DNA of 64,000 nt from an uncultured Spirochaetota bacterium (GTDB lineage: Bacteria; Spirochaetota; UBA4802; UBA5550), in NCBI GenBank assembly GCA_963827275.1, contig CAWHAA010000006.1:92409-156408 (forward strand), in the 5' to 3' direction. The notes under the pieces are model-generated. The model was not told the DNA's origin and made no database searches. It saw only the letters and a list, made by a program, of their open reading frames with translations. Within the stretch, counting starts at the first letter, position 1. Each line of letters begins with the position of its first letter. Shown here piece by piece: positions 17,754 through 26,750 of the stretch. The position numbers and the translations under genes are program-made.

Positions 17754-18413
17754 ATGTCAACAACTCCTGAAAATAAATATGACGCGTCCCTGAGGCGTAT
17801 CCACCGGGAGATCGGGGGGCGGGTCGGCCTCCGGCTCAGTGAATTCAGGGAGATCTGGGAAACGGCGGATGACACGAAACTCTTCGTGGAGCTTGTATTC
17901 TGCCTCCTTACCCCGCAATCGGGGGCGCGGCGCTGCTGGCAGGCGGTCGAAAATCTGCTGCGCGGCGGCATTCTGTTCTACGGTGGGCCCGATGAAATAT
18001 GCCGCGAGCTGAACATCGTCCGCTTCAAGAACCACAAGACCTCCTACCTCCTGGAAGCGCGGGAGGCGTTGTACGGGCCGGGAAAATCCCTGCGGCGGAC
18101 GCTGTGCGCGTGCGGGGATGCCGCGGGGATGCGGGAGTGGATATTCCGGAACGTGAAGGGACTCGGGTACAAGGAGGCGAGCCATTTCCTCAGGAATATC
18201 GGGCTCGGCGAGGGACTCGCGATACTCGACCGGCACGTGCTGCGGATCATGCATGAGCGGGGGCTGATCGGCGGCATTCCGGCGTCCATATCGCCGCACC
18301 GGTATTGTGAAATGGAGCGCATACTGGGCGATTACGCCCGCAGGATCAGAGTGCCGATGGGGCACCTGGATTTTGTCATGTGGTACAGGGCGACAGGAGA
18401 TATTTTCAAGTGA
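17754..18413 (+). CDS. HhH-GPD superfamily N-glycosylase/DNA lyase, 8-oxoguanine DNA glycosylase (archaeal-type Ogg) -like
   Basis: Helix-hairpin-helix LRNIGLGEGLAILDRHV with a catalytic Asp after the Gly-rich turn. LFVELVFCLLTPQS is typical of Ogg2-like proteins. The start is placed at an internal ATG (MSTTPENKY) because the listed 17676 start would overlap the divergent bcp. Confidence 0.65.
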   Translation: MSTTPENKYDASLRRIHREIGGRVGLRLSEFREIWETADDTKLFVELVFCLLTPQSGARRCWQAVENLLRGGILFYGGPDEICRELNIVRFKNHKTSYLLEAREALYGPGKSLRRTLCACGDAAGMREWIFRNVKGLGYKEASHFLRNIGLGEGLAILDRHVLRIMHERGLIGGIPASISPHRYCEMERILGDYARRIRVPMGHLDFVMWYRATGDIFK

Positions 18414-18440
18414 CGTGGCGGTCTTCCGGCGCGACCGGCA

Positions 18441-18920
18441 TCACATCAGCCTCAGCTTTTCCGACAGGTCAGCCAGTGTAATGACGTGGGCCCGTTCCTC
18501 GGATATGATCCTGTCGAGCAGGGCGGACGACTCCGTGCCGGCCGGATACAGCCCTTTCATGCCGTAATAGAACAGTATGGAGTCCTTTTCCGCTATCAGG
18601 GCCAGCCGCACCGCGTCTATCGGAAGCCGTAGCGTTTCCATGACGTGTTCCGGGTCCTTGCCCGGCGTCCCGAATACCCGTGAGCCGCCGATGGCAGCGA
18701 GATAGGCATAGTATTCCTCGGTAAAGTTGCCCGGTGCGGCGTCATTGCCGTGGAACGACTGGAATAATTTTTTATGCGCCAGCTCTTCCTTCGCGAGGAA
18801 CTCGAAGGCGTCACGCATGGCGGGCTCCTTGAATTTTTCTGCGCAGCGGGCGTAGAACTCGTTCCCTGTCTCCTCGATGCCGACGGCGATATCGATGATC
18901 TCCTTCATGGTATACGACAT
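18441..18920 (-). CDS. rubrerythrin-like ferritin-fold diiron protein (no rubredoxin domain)
   Basis: 159 aa. Two E...ExxH half-sites (EETGNEF...EELAHKKLF and AEKDS...EERAHVITL). Confidence 0.6.
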   Translation of the reverse strand: MSYTMKEIIDIAVGIEETGNEFYARCAEKFKEPAMRDAFEFLAKEELAHKKLFQSFHGNDAAPGNFTEEYYAYLAAIGGSRVFGTPGKDPEHVMETLRLPIDAVRLALIAEKDSILFYYGMKGLYPAGTESSALLDRIISEERAHVITLADLSEKLRLM

Positions 18921-18975
18921 TGTAAATTTCCCCCTTGACGGATATACGGGCGCTGGTCATTGCCGGCCCGCGGGT

Positions 18976-20505
18976 CTATTGCTTCCAGTTGATGAACGCC
19001 TCGACAAGGAGGCGTACGCCGAACCCGGTGGCCTCCTTGGGCCGGTAGCCGCGCTGCTTCGTGGCGCGCGCCGTGCTCGCGATGTCAAGGTGCGCCCATT
19101 TGCCGCCGCCGGCGAAGTTCTTCAGGAAGATGCCGCCCATGATGGTGCCGGCGTTGCGTTCCGATGACATGTTGCACAGGTCCGCGATGTCGGACTTCAT
19201 GTTGTCCTCGTAGTCTTTGACGAACGGGAGGCGCCAGATCATTTCGCCGGTCGCCGCGCCGGCCTCCTCGAGGAGCTTCCCGAGCCCGTCATCGGTGGCC
19301 AGATACCCCGCGACGGATTCGCCGAAGGTGGCGAGGCAGGCGCCGGTGAGCGTGGCGATGTCGACGATGACCGCCGGCTTGAGCTCCTTCACGGTATAGG
19401 AGAGCGCGTCGGCAAGGATCAGGCGGCCCTCCGCGTCGGTGTTGCCGATTTCGACCGTGGTGCCGTTGTGGGCGGTGAACACGTCTCCCGGCCTGAACGA
19501 TTCGTTTGATATCATGTTGTCGGTAATCGGAAGGACCGCGTACAGGTTGATGGGCAGCCTGAGCTCGGCGGCCGTCTTGAGCGCGTAGAGCGCCGCCGCG
19601 GCGCCAGCCATGTCGGTCCGCATGTCTTCAATGTGGCCTGACGGCTTGAGGTTCATGCCGCCCGAATCGAAGGTGATGCCCTTGCCGACAACGGCGAAAT
19701 GCTTCGCTCCGGGTTTGCCGCCCCGGTATTCAAGCACCACCAGCATGGGGGGCTTTGAGCTGCCCTTGTTCACGGCGAGGAGAAGCCCCATCTTCATTTT
19801 TTCGATCTCTTTTTTCCCATACACGGTGCATTTCACGCCGGGGATCCGCGCCAGCGCCTTTGCTTCCCGGGCCATGCCACGCGAGTCGCATTTTTCACTG
19901 ATCTCGTTGATGAGGTCGCGGCAGAGGAGCGTGTTGCGGCATATGGTCGAGGTCTTTTTTATAATCGAAGCCGCGTTTTGCGCGGCGGTATAAAATATAG
20001 CCGATTCAATCAGGGACTTTCCGTTGCCATTTTTCTTCGTCTTGTACCGGTCAAAGCTGTAGTTCGAGAGGCAGAGCCCTTCGGCGAGCGATTGGAGCAC
20101 CAAGGCGTTCTCGATGCCCCGGACCTCCGGGACCACCACGTGGACTTTGGGTATGGATTTTTCCCTGCACAGGCTGACCGCGCCGGTGACGCAGCGCCGC
20201 AGTGACTCGGGGTCCGTGTCCGCGTGCTTGCCGGTACCGCACAGTATCACGGTCGGCTTGTCCGCAAACGGCGCGAATATCACTTCCGCCTGCTTGCCCT
20301 TGAAATAGGAAAGGTCGAGACGTTCGCCGATGTAGGAAAATCCCGCCGGAAGCGCGGAAGGCTTTTTCGACCCCTCCCGTTCCGGCGTAAAGAGGATCAC
20401 CGTATCATCTTTCCTGAATGGCGCCCCGGGCTTTTTAGCTTCGATCTTCATCTGTCCACCTCGTATAAATAATGCATTTTTTATCAGGACAGGGATTTCA
20501 TTCAA
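18976..20505 (-). CDS. pepA: leucyl aminopeptidase (M17 family)
   Basis: 509 aa. M17 signature NTDAEGRL, metal ligands in VGKGITFDSGG...DMAGAA, and an N-terminal non-catalytic domain. Confidence 0.9.
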   Translation of the reverse strand: MNEIPVLIKNALFIRGGQMKIEAKKPGAPFRKDDTVILFTPEREGSKKPSALPAGFSYIGERLDLSYFKGKQAEVIFAPFADKPTVILCGTGKHADTDPESLRRCVTGAVSLCREKSIPKVHVVVPEVRGIENALVLQSLAEGLCLSNYSFDRYKTKKNGNGKSLIESAIFYTAAQNAASIIKKTSTICRNTLLCRDLINEISEKCDSRGMAREAKALARIPGVKCTVYGKKEIEKMKMGLLLAVNKGSSKPPMLVVLEYRGGKPGAKHFAVVGKGITFDSGGMNLKPSGHIEDMRTDMAGAAAALYALKTAAELRLPINLYAVLPITDNMISNESFRPGDVFTAHNGTTVEIGNTDAEGRLILADALSYTVKELKPAVIVDIATLTGACLATFGESVAGYLATDDGLGKLLEEAGAATGEMIWRLPFVKDYEDNMKSDIADLCNMSSERNAGTIMGGIFLKNFAGGGKWAHLDIASTARATKQRGYRPKEATGFGVRLLVEAFINWKQ

Positions 20506-20740
20506 GAAATATTTTTATCAGTGATCATATACTTGAAATAGAATAAATTGAAAATAAGAGTGGGTCGGGTGCCATGCCGCGAGAAGGCGACACGGAGGGC
20601 ATGCCTTTTCGCGACATCCTGTCGCGGCATGCAGGCATCCTGCCATCTATCGCCGGTCTTGCCGAGTCAATCCCGATTCATTAAAAGAAAAGATGAGATC
20701 GGGATTATACGAGGCGGACGAGCGGGATGGCCTCGACCCA

Positions 20741-21124
20741 TTATGATCGTGTCTTTTTGGCCGTCCTGCTGCGGATATAGCGGAAACTGAAAGCTTCCTT
20801 TGATTTCAAAATATGAAACGTGCCGGCGAAGATACCACCGATGACGTTAAGAACGATGACGGGGTCGCCCCACATCTCGATGCCGAAGGAGCCGGCATCG
20901 TAGACGCTGACCGTGCCGCTGTCGCACGGAACCGGCCGGTCCAGCGGGGTGCCGCTCTTTTCATCGGCCCTGACAAGCTCCGCCGATACCTCGGTGCCGT
21001 CCTTGAGGGCCATCATGTCGAATTGTGCGATGCGAAAGGCGACCAGGATGTCCCCGCGGTCAAGGATGATGTCATAGTACGCCGGCGGCTCCGGCTGGTG
21101 GTGTATGATGTACCGCCCCCCCAT
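20741..21124 (-). CDS. hypothetical protein (127 aa) directly downstream of rnr
   Basis: Its ATG lies 2 nt after the rnr stop (TAGCCATG). Third-position GC bias is consistent with coding. No recognisable motif. Confidence 0.4.
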   Translation of the reverse strand: MGGRYIIHHQPEPPAYYDIILDRGDILVAFRIAQFDMMALKDGTEVSAELVRADEKSGTPLDRPVPCDSGTVSVYDAGSFGIEMWGDPVIVLNVIGGIFAGTFHILKSKEAFSFRYIRSRTAKKTRS

Positions 21125-21126
21125 GG

Positions 21127-23217
21127 CTATACCGGCTCGAAATCTATGATCATCCTGTCGATCTCCACCACGGTCAGCCTGACCCTGACACGGTCGCCCA
21201 TCCTGAACCTCCTGCCGTGGCGCCTGCCGATGACCGTGTGCTCGTCCTCCTTGACGAGGTAGAAGTCGTCGGTAAGGGCCCAGAGGGGCACCATGCCGTC
21301 GATGGGCATCTCGGTCAGGGTGACGTAGAAGCCGTACTTGCTGACGCCGCTCACGACGCCGTTGAAGACCTCTCCCACGCGGTCCATCATCAGCCGGCAG
21401 GTCTTGAGCTTTCTGAAGTCGCGCTCCGCGCTCTGGGCGACCCGCTCCATTTCGGAGCTCCGGTCGCCGATGGTGATGATCTCCTCGGTAGAATAGGGCT
21501 GCTTCGCGCGGTCGAGAATGCTTTTTAAGCAGCGGTGGACGATAAGGTCGGGGTACCGCCGGATAGGCGAGGTGAAGTGCGTATAGTCCTTGAATCCGAG
21601 GCCGAAATGCCCGTCAGGAAGCGCCCCGTAATAGGCCTGCATCATCGATTTCAGGATGACCAGGTTCACCACGTGCTCGATCTCCCTGCCCGCGACCTGG
21701 GCGAGCACCTTCTGGACGTTCGCGGCGGTGTTGCCGGTCGTCTTGAACTGGATGCCGAGCAGCTTCAGGAAATCCTTCAGCTCCGCGAGGGATTCGGGGT
21801 CTATCTCCTCATGGTTGCGGTAGAGCGACGGGATGCCGCTTTCCCGGATGAAGCGCGACACGGTCACATTCGCGCAGAGCATGAATTCCTCCACCAGCAG
21901 GTGGCTCTTGAGCCGCTCTATATACTGTATGTCGGTGACGACGTTGTTCTCGTAAATAAGCGACTGGTCGGTGAGGTTGAGCTCCAGGCTCCCCTGCTCG
22001 ATGCGGCGCCGGTGCAGGAGCATGGCCAGTTCGTACATCATTTTCACCGACGTGCCAAGAGGGCCGGTATCGGCGCCGGCAAGGATGTCGTCAGTTCCGT
22101 TATAGGTGAGCCTCCGGTCGACGCGTATAGTGCCGCGCGATATGCGATGGCTCTTTACCGCCCCGTTGCGGTCGATGTCCATCTCCACCGACATCGTGAG
22201 CCGGTCAACGCCCTCCCGCAGCGAGCAGAGGTCGTTGGAAAGGGCCTCCGGGAGCATGGGGATAACGCTGTTGCCCAGGTAGTAGCTCGTGCCCCGCTTC
22301 AGCGCCTCGCGGTCGAGCTCGGAGTTCTTGCGCACGTAGGATGACACGTCCGCTATATGGACATAGACGGTGTAGCGGTCGCCTTTTTTTTCTATGGATA
22401 TGGCGTCATCAAAGTCCTTGGCACTTTCGCTGTCGATGGTGACGGTGAAGAGCCCGGTGTAGTCCTTTCTCTTGCCCGCGTCGGGCGTGATGCCGCACGA
22501 GCCGGAAAGCTCGGGGTAGTCGCCGTGCGGGGAGGGGAGGGAGTGCTTGACGATGATCCTGTTGAGGTCCTGGGCTTCGTCGTCGGGGGGGAACGTGGCG
22601 ATGACCGCGCACCGCTGGCGTTTTTGATGCAACCCCTCTTCGAGACGGACAAAGGCCATGTCTCCCTTTTCCACATCGGCGGCGGTCCGCGGCGCGGACA
22701 CCTCCATCCCGCCCGGCACGTCCAGGAGATTGTAGATGACCGCGTCGCGGGTCACGTGCACCGCCCTGGCGTAGTAATCGCTCTTTTCACGGCGGATGAT
22801 CTTTTCGACCGCGCCGAAAATACTGCCTTCCCTGACATCGATGATTTTGACAGTGACCAGGTCGTTGTCATGCGCGCCGACCGTATCGTCCTTTTTAACC
22901 ATTATTTCAAGGTCGACCGCTTTGAGCGCGGCATTGCCCGTTTTGTTGACGCGAATATTCCCCTCGACGGTCAGTGAGTGTACCCTTACGTAGTGGTCCC
23001 TTTTTTTCCGGGCCAGGCCGGTGGCAACGAGGGCGCCAAGGGTCTCGTCGATAACCGCTATGTCGCGTTCCTGGCCCGGGCCGCCCCCGCGTTTTCCCTT
23101 TCGTTTCCTGTTTTTTTCGCCGTGCGGACTTGTCAGCGCGTCGACGATGTCTTTTCTGGTAAAATCCGCGGCCCGTGCGTTGATGTATGCGATGATTCTT
23201 TTAGAGGTGACGGCCAT
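21127..23217 (-). CDS. rnr: ribonuclease R (RNB-family 3'-5' exoribonuclease with S1 domain)
   Basis: 696 aa. N-terminal HTH/cold-shock-like region, a large RNB domain and a C-terminal S1-like domain (GVVSGVSKYGFYVTL). The length is typical of RNase R. Confidence 0.9.
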   Translation of the reverse strand: MAVTSKRIIAYINARAADFTRKDIVDALTSPHGEKNRKRKGKRGGGPGQERDIAVIDETLGALVATGLARKKRDHYVRVHSLTVEGNIRVNKTGNAALKAVDLEIMVKKDDTVGAHDNDLVTVKIIDVREGSIFGAVEKIIRREKSDYYARAVHVTRDAVIYNLLDVPGGMEVSAPRTAADVEKGDMAFVRLEEGLHQKRQRCAVIATFPPDDEAQDLNRIIVKHSLPSPHGDYPELSGSCGITPDAGKRKDYTGLFTVTIDSESAKDFDDAISIEKKGDRYTVYVHIADVSSYVRKNSELDREALKRGTSYYLGNSVIPMLPEALSNDLCSLREGVDRLTMSVEMDIDRNGAVKSHRISRGTIRVDRRLTYNGTDDILAGADTGPLGTSVKMMYELAMLLHRRRIEQGSLELNLTDQSLIYENNVVTDIQYIERLKSHLLVEEFMLCANVTVSRFIRESGIPSLYRNHEEIDPESLAELKDFLKLLGIQFKTTGNTAANVQKVLAQVAGREIEHVVNLVILKSMMQAYYGALPDGHFGLGFKDYTHFTSPIRRYPDLIVHRCLKSILDRAKQPYSTEEIITIGDRSSEMERVAQSAERDFRKLKTCRLMMDRVGEVFNGVVSGVSKYGFYVTLTEMPIDGMVPLWALTDDFYLVKEDEHTVIGRRHGRRFRMGDRVRVRLTVVEIDRMIIDFEPV

Positions 23218-23219
23218 AA

Positions 23220-23570
23220 TTACTGGGCGCCGCTGTCAGGTTTTTTTTCAGATTTCATATCCATCTTTGCTTTCGACTCTTCCTTCACTTTTTCTATCTC
23301 CGCTCTCTTTTCTTCAACCTTGCTCTTCAATGTCATTACCTTGTCATGGAGCTCCTTTACCCTGGGGTCAGTGAGCTCAAGCGACGGCGCGCCGCTTTCA
23401 ATTTTCGATATGACGTACCTGCCGAGGTCTTTTTCCGCGACTCCCTGGTCTATCTGGAAACGCTTGATCTCGACATTCAGTTTTCCAAGCCTGGCGAACT
23501 CCTCGGTCTTGTTGACAAGGATCTCGCCGAACTTGATTATGGTTTCACCTGTATCTTTGAGTATGCCCAT
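23220..23570 (-). CDS. hypothetical protein (116 aa, Lys/Glu-rich C-terminus), upstream partner of rnr
   Basis: Its stop lies 2 nt before the rnr ATG. Coding-like codon usage. No recognisable domain. Confidence 0.45.
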   Translation of the reverse strand: MGILKDTGETIIKFGEILVNKTEEFARLGKLNVEIKRFQIDQGVAEKDLGRYVISKIESGAPSLELTDPRVKELHDKVMTLKSKVEEKRAEIEKVKEESKAKMDMKSEKKPDSGAQ

Positions 23571-23846
23571 GTTTATTTACCTCCTTATTCTATGGTTGGC
23601 CGTTATATATACTTGCATTGGGAGGAGCGAAGCGAAAGCAGCCTGCTTGCTCTCCGATAGCGTATGGATATATCCCTCATATCTTTCATGCTTTTAGTCT
23701 GCGCCATCGATGTCACTGGTCACCACGCAGTGCTCGGGATGGCCGCGAATATGCAATAACAATCATGAACTCATGTAATTTCATAATAATACATACACTG
23801 TCAGGGAAAGTCAATCAAAATACGGGACTGGTTCGGGTTGATTGAT

Positions 23847-23882
23847 GTTCCCGGCACCCGCGCGTGACGGTGTGCCGGGAAC
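23847..23882 (-). terminator. GC-rich 11-bp perfect inverted repeat (GTTCCCGGCAC / GTGCCGGGAAC) just downstream of the FabK-like gene stop. Candidate terminator or RNA-stability hairpin.
   Basis: Perfect 11-bp arms and a 14-nt loop, placed 20 nt after the stop codon. The downstream tail is AUCAAUCAA, which is not a clean U-tract. Confidence 0.35.
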
Positions 23883-23901
23883 ATTTCACTGTTGAAGGGG
23901 A

Positions 23902-24936
23902 TTACATCTTTGATGTCAGGACCTTCTGGGCTTCCTTCGCTTCTTTGGCGATGCGCTCGATGATCTGTTTTACCGTCGGGGTATCATGGATGATCCCGGT
24001 AATCTGGCCGATGGGGAGGACGCCCTTGACGTTGTCGCCGTCAATCGTCCCGACCTTGAACGCCTCGAAACCGATCGCCATGCGCGCCATCTGGAACGAT
24101 TTCTTGAAGCCCATCAACAGTATTCCGATAAAGAGCTTGAGCCACGGGAATCCCAGGAGCTTGGCTATCTTCCGCGACATGAACAGCGCCGTGAAGGGGT
24201 TCATTTTTTTGTTCATAAGCCGCTCCGATCCTTTGGTCCTCATGAACCGGGCGGGGAGACCGTCGACCTTGTTGGTGTAGATCGTATTGTAGGGATCGCA
24301 CTCGCTGCTCTTTGCTTTTTGTCCGGCATGGACCGGGCTTTCAACCGAGTTCATGAAGCGGGTGCCCATGGAGATGCCGTCCGCGCCGAGGACGAGTGCG
24401 GCCGCCAGGCCGCGGCCGTCGGCGAAACCGCCGGCTGCTATGACGGGGATCTTCACCTCGTCGACAATGCTGGGGATCAGCACCATCGAGGTGACCGCCC
24501 CGCCGTGGCCGGCGGCTTCGTGGCCGGTCACTATGAGCGCGTCAGCGCCGTCTTTCTGCGCGGCGAGGGCGTGCTTCAGGGTGGTGACCGTCGCGATCAC
24601 CTTGCCGCCGTAGGCATGCACCTCCCTGCAGATCCAGTCGCCTTTCCCGAGGGCGTAGTTGACCACAGGGACTTTCTCGTCGATGATGACCTTCGCGTTC
24701 TTGTCCGATCCCGGAAAATAGAGGGTGACGTTTGCCGCGAAAGGGTTCTTTGTCAGCTTTTTAGTGCGTTGAATATATTCGCGGGTCTCTTCCGCTTTCA
24801 GGATGCCCGTGGCCAGGATGCCCAGGCCGCCCGCGTTGGCGACCGCGGCGACCAGCTCGGGCGTGCTGATCCAGCTCATGCCCGACAGGACGATGGGATA
24901 CTTTATCCCGAACAGCTGTGTTATTTTTGTTTTCAT
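23902..24936 (-). CDS. nitronate monooxygenase / FabK-like FMN-dependent oxidoreductase (NMO family TIM barrel)
   Basis: From MKTKITQLFGIKYPIVLSGMSWISTPELVAAVANAGGLGIL. Glycine-rich FMN/phosphate-binding motifs GGFADGRGLAAALVLGADGISMGTRF. The listed N-terminal extension has no support. Confidence 0.75.
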   Translation of the reverse strand: MKTKITQLFGIKYPIVLSGMSWISTPELVAAVANAGGLGILATGILKAEETREYIQRTKKLTKNPFAANVTLYFPGSDKNAKVIIDEKVPVVNYALGKGDWICREVHAYGGKVIATVTTLKHALAAQKDGADALIVTGHEAAGHGGAVTSMVLIPSIVDEVKIPVIAAGGFADGRGLAAALVLGADGISMGTRFMNSVESPVHAGQKAKSSECDPYNTIYTNKVDGLPARFMRTKGSERLMNKKMNPFTALFMSRKIAKLLGFPWLKLFIGILLMGFKKSFQMARMAIGFEAFKVGTIDGDNVKGVLPIGQITGIIHDTPTVKQIIERIAKEAKEAQKVLTSKM

Positions 24937-25155
24937 GAGTGACCTCGTAAGGGTAAAATAAAAATGCCGCAGAGGCGCGGAAACAGTGAAGTTATTCATG
25001 AATAACGCGGTGCCGTTATTCTGTCAATCCACTATTTATTATGCGAATAATAAACAGCGGCATGCTTCCATGTTTCCGGTCATCTGCGGCATTCCGTTGC
25101 TGCCGAGGAGAATGCTGCTGCCGGTTACTCTCCCCGGATGCTCCCGGGCTGACTC

Positions 25156-26310
25156 CTAGTATTCCTTCAGAACGCTGCTTGCTATGACAAGCCGCTGAAT
25201 TTCAGACGTCCCCTCGTAAATTTCGGTGATGCGGGAGTCGCGGTAATGACGCTCGACCGGGTAGTCCTTCACGTATCCGTATCCGCCGAAGATCTGTATG
25301 GCCTTGTGCGTCACGCGGTGCGACATTTCGGACGCGTACAGTTTGGCCATGGCCGCGTACTTGGAATAGCGCTGGCGGTCGCCGGTGCCGATCAGGGTGG
25401 CTGCCTGGTATACGAGAAGGCGCGCCGCCTCGATTTCGGTCGCCATATCGGCGATCATCCACTGGATGGCCTGGAAGTCGGAGATGGACTTTCCGAACTG
25501 TTTCCGGTCCTTGGCGTACACGACCGCTGCGTCGAGGGCCGCCTGGGCGATACCCACCGCCTGCGCCGCGATGCCGACCCGCCCGCCGTCAAGGGTGTGC
25601 ATCGCTATCTTGAAGCCCTCGCCGCGCTTGCCGACCATGTTGCCTTCGGGTATCGCGCAGTTGTCGAACACCAGCTCCGTCGTGGAGGAGGCGCATATCC
25701 CGAGCTTGTCCTCGGTCTTGCCAACGCTGAAGCCCGGGGTGCCTTTCTCGATCAGGAAGAAGCTCAGTCCCTTGTGCCCGATCCCCTTGTCGGTGACCGC
25801 GGTAACGACCGCGACCTGCGCCGGGCCGCCGTTGGTGATGAAGTTCTTTGATCCGTTAAGTATCCATGTGCCGTTTTTAAGCTCGGCCGTTGTCTTTGTG
25901 CCCGAGGCGTCAGAACCGGCTTCCGGCTCGGTGATGCCGAAGCAGCCGATATATTCGCCGGTGGTGAGCCTGGTGAGGTACTTTTGCTTCAGCTCCTCGG
26001 AGGCGAAATAATTTATGGGAGAGAGGCAGAGCGAATTGTGGGCGGAAACGATGACGCCCGCGGACGCGTCGCCCCGCGAGACCTCTTCGACCGCGATGGC
26101 ATAGCTCACATAGTCCATGCCGGCCCCGTTGTATTTTTCCGGGTAGACGACGCCCATGATCCCCATCTCGCCGAGCTTCTTGACATGCTCCATGGGAAAT
26201 TCGTGCGTCCGGTCGTAGTGTTCCGCTTTCGGCTTCAATTCCTTCTCGGCAAATTGACGCAGCATATCCTTGAGCATCTGTTGCTCTTCGGTCAGTTTAA
26301 AATCCATCAT
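25156..26310 (-). CDS. acyl-CoA dehydrogenase (short/medium-chain type)
   Basis: 384 aa. N-terminal FTEEQQMLKD. Catalytic-base region YEGTSEIQRLVI near the C-terminus and FAD-binding segments. Canonical ACAD length. Confidence 0.9.
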   Translation of the reverse strand: MMDFKLTEEQQMLKDMLRQFAEKELKPKAEHYDRTHEFPMEHVKKLGEMGIMGVVYPEKYNGAGMDYVSYAIAVEEVSRGDASAGVIVSAHNSLCLSPINYFASEELKQKYLTRLTTGEYIGCFGITEPEAGSDASGTKTTAELKNGTWILNGSKNFITNGGPAQVAVVTAVTDKGIGHKGLSFFLIEKGTPGFSVGKTEDKLGICASSTTELVFDNCAIPEGNMVGKRGEGFKIAMHTLDGGRVGIAAQAVGIAQAALDAAVVYAKDRKQFGKSISDFQAIQWMIADMATEIEAARLLVYQAATLIGTGDRQRYSKYAAMAKLYASEMSHRVTHKAIQIFGGYGYVKDYPVERHYRDSRITEIYEGTSEIQRLVIASSVLKEY

Positions 26311-26629
26311 GCACCTCTCATTCTGATAATATGATAGTTCAATTCATCCCCCGCATACATTCATCCGCGGCCGATATGCCCCGTCCGGGCTTCCCACCGG
26401 CCTTCTGGTGTGATGCGAGCCGGGAAATAGCTCTCACTGTTGTTAATCCGGGCGCACCGCCCGCCGCAGCACTCTGGCGTGGGAATATGCGCACCCACGT
26501 TTATACAGTAGGATTGAATTAACATTTTTTCAGGCATGGTTTTTTGTCAAGGCGAATAACGGGCGGGGGAAAGCGTGCCCGGATTTTATGGCCATATGCG
26601 AATTTTAATAAACAACCGTTAAAATTCTC

Positions 26630-26658
26630 TTGAAAATAAATATGCGGTTGATTCTAAT
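26630..26658 (+). promoter_or_regulatory. candidate sigma70-type promoter for the 26751 lipoprotein gene (TTGAAA, 17-nt spacer, TCTAAT)
   Basis: Hexamers read directly from the sequence within the AT-rich 440-bp divergent intergenic region between acd and the lipoprotein gene. Confidence 0.3.
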
Positions 26659-26750
26659 CGTTTTATGCAGGAGAGCGGGGCCATGGCGCGAGGATGTGCC
26701 CGTCGCGGCGCGGCGCGCTCCGGCAGAGCGTCAATTGATGAAGAGGCGAT

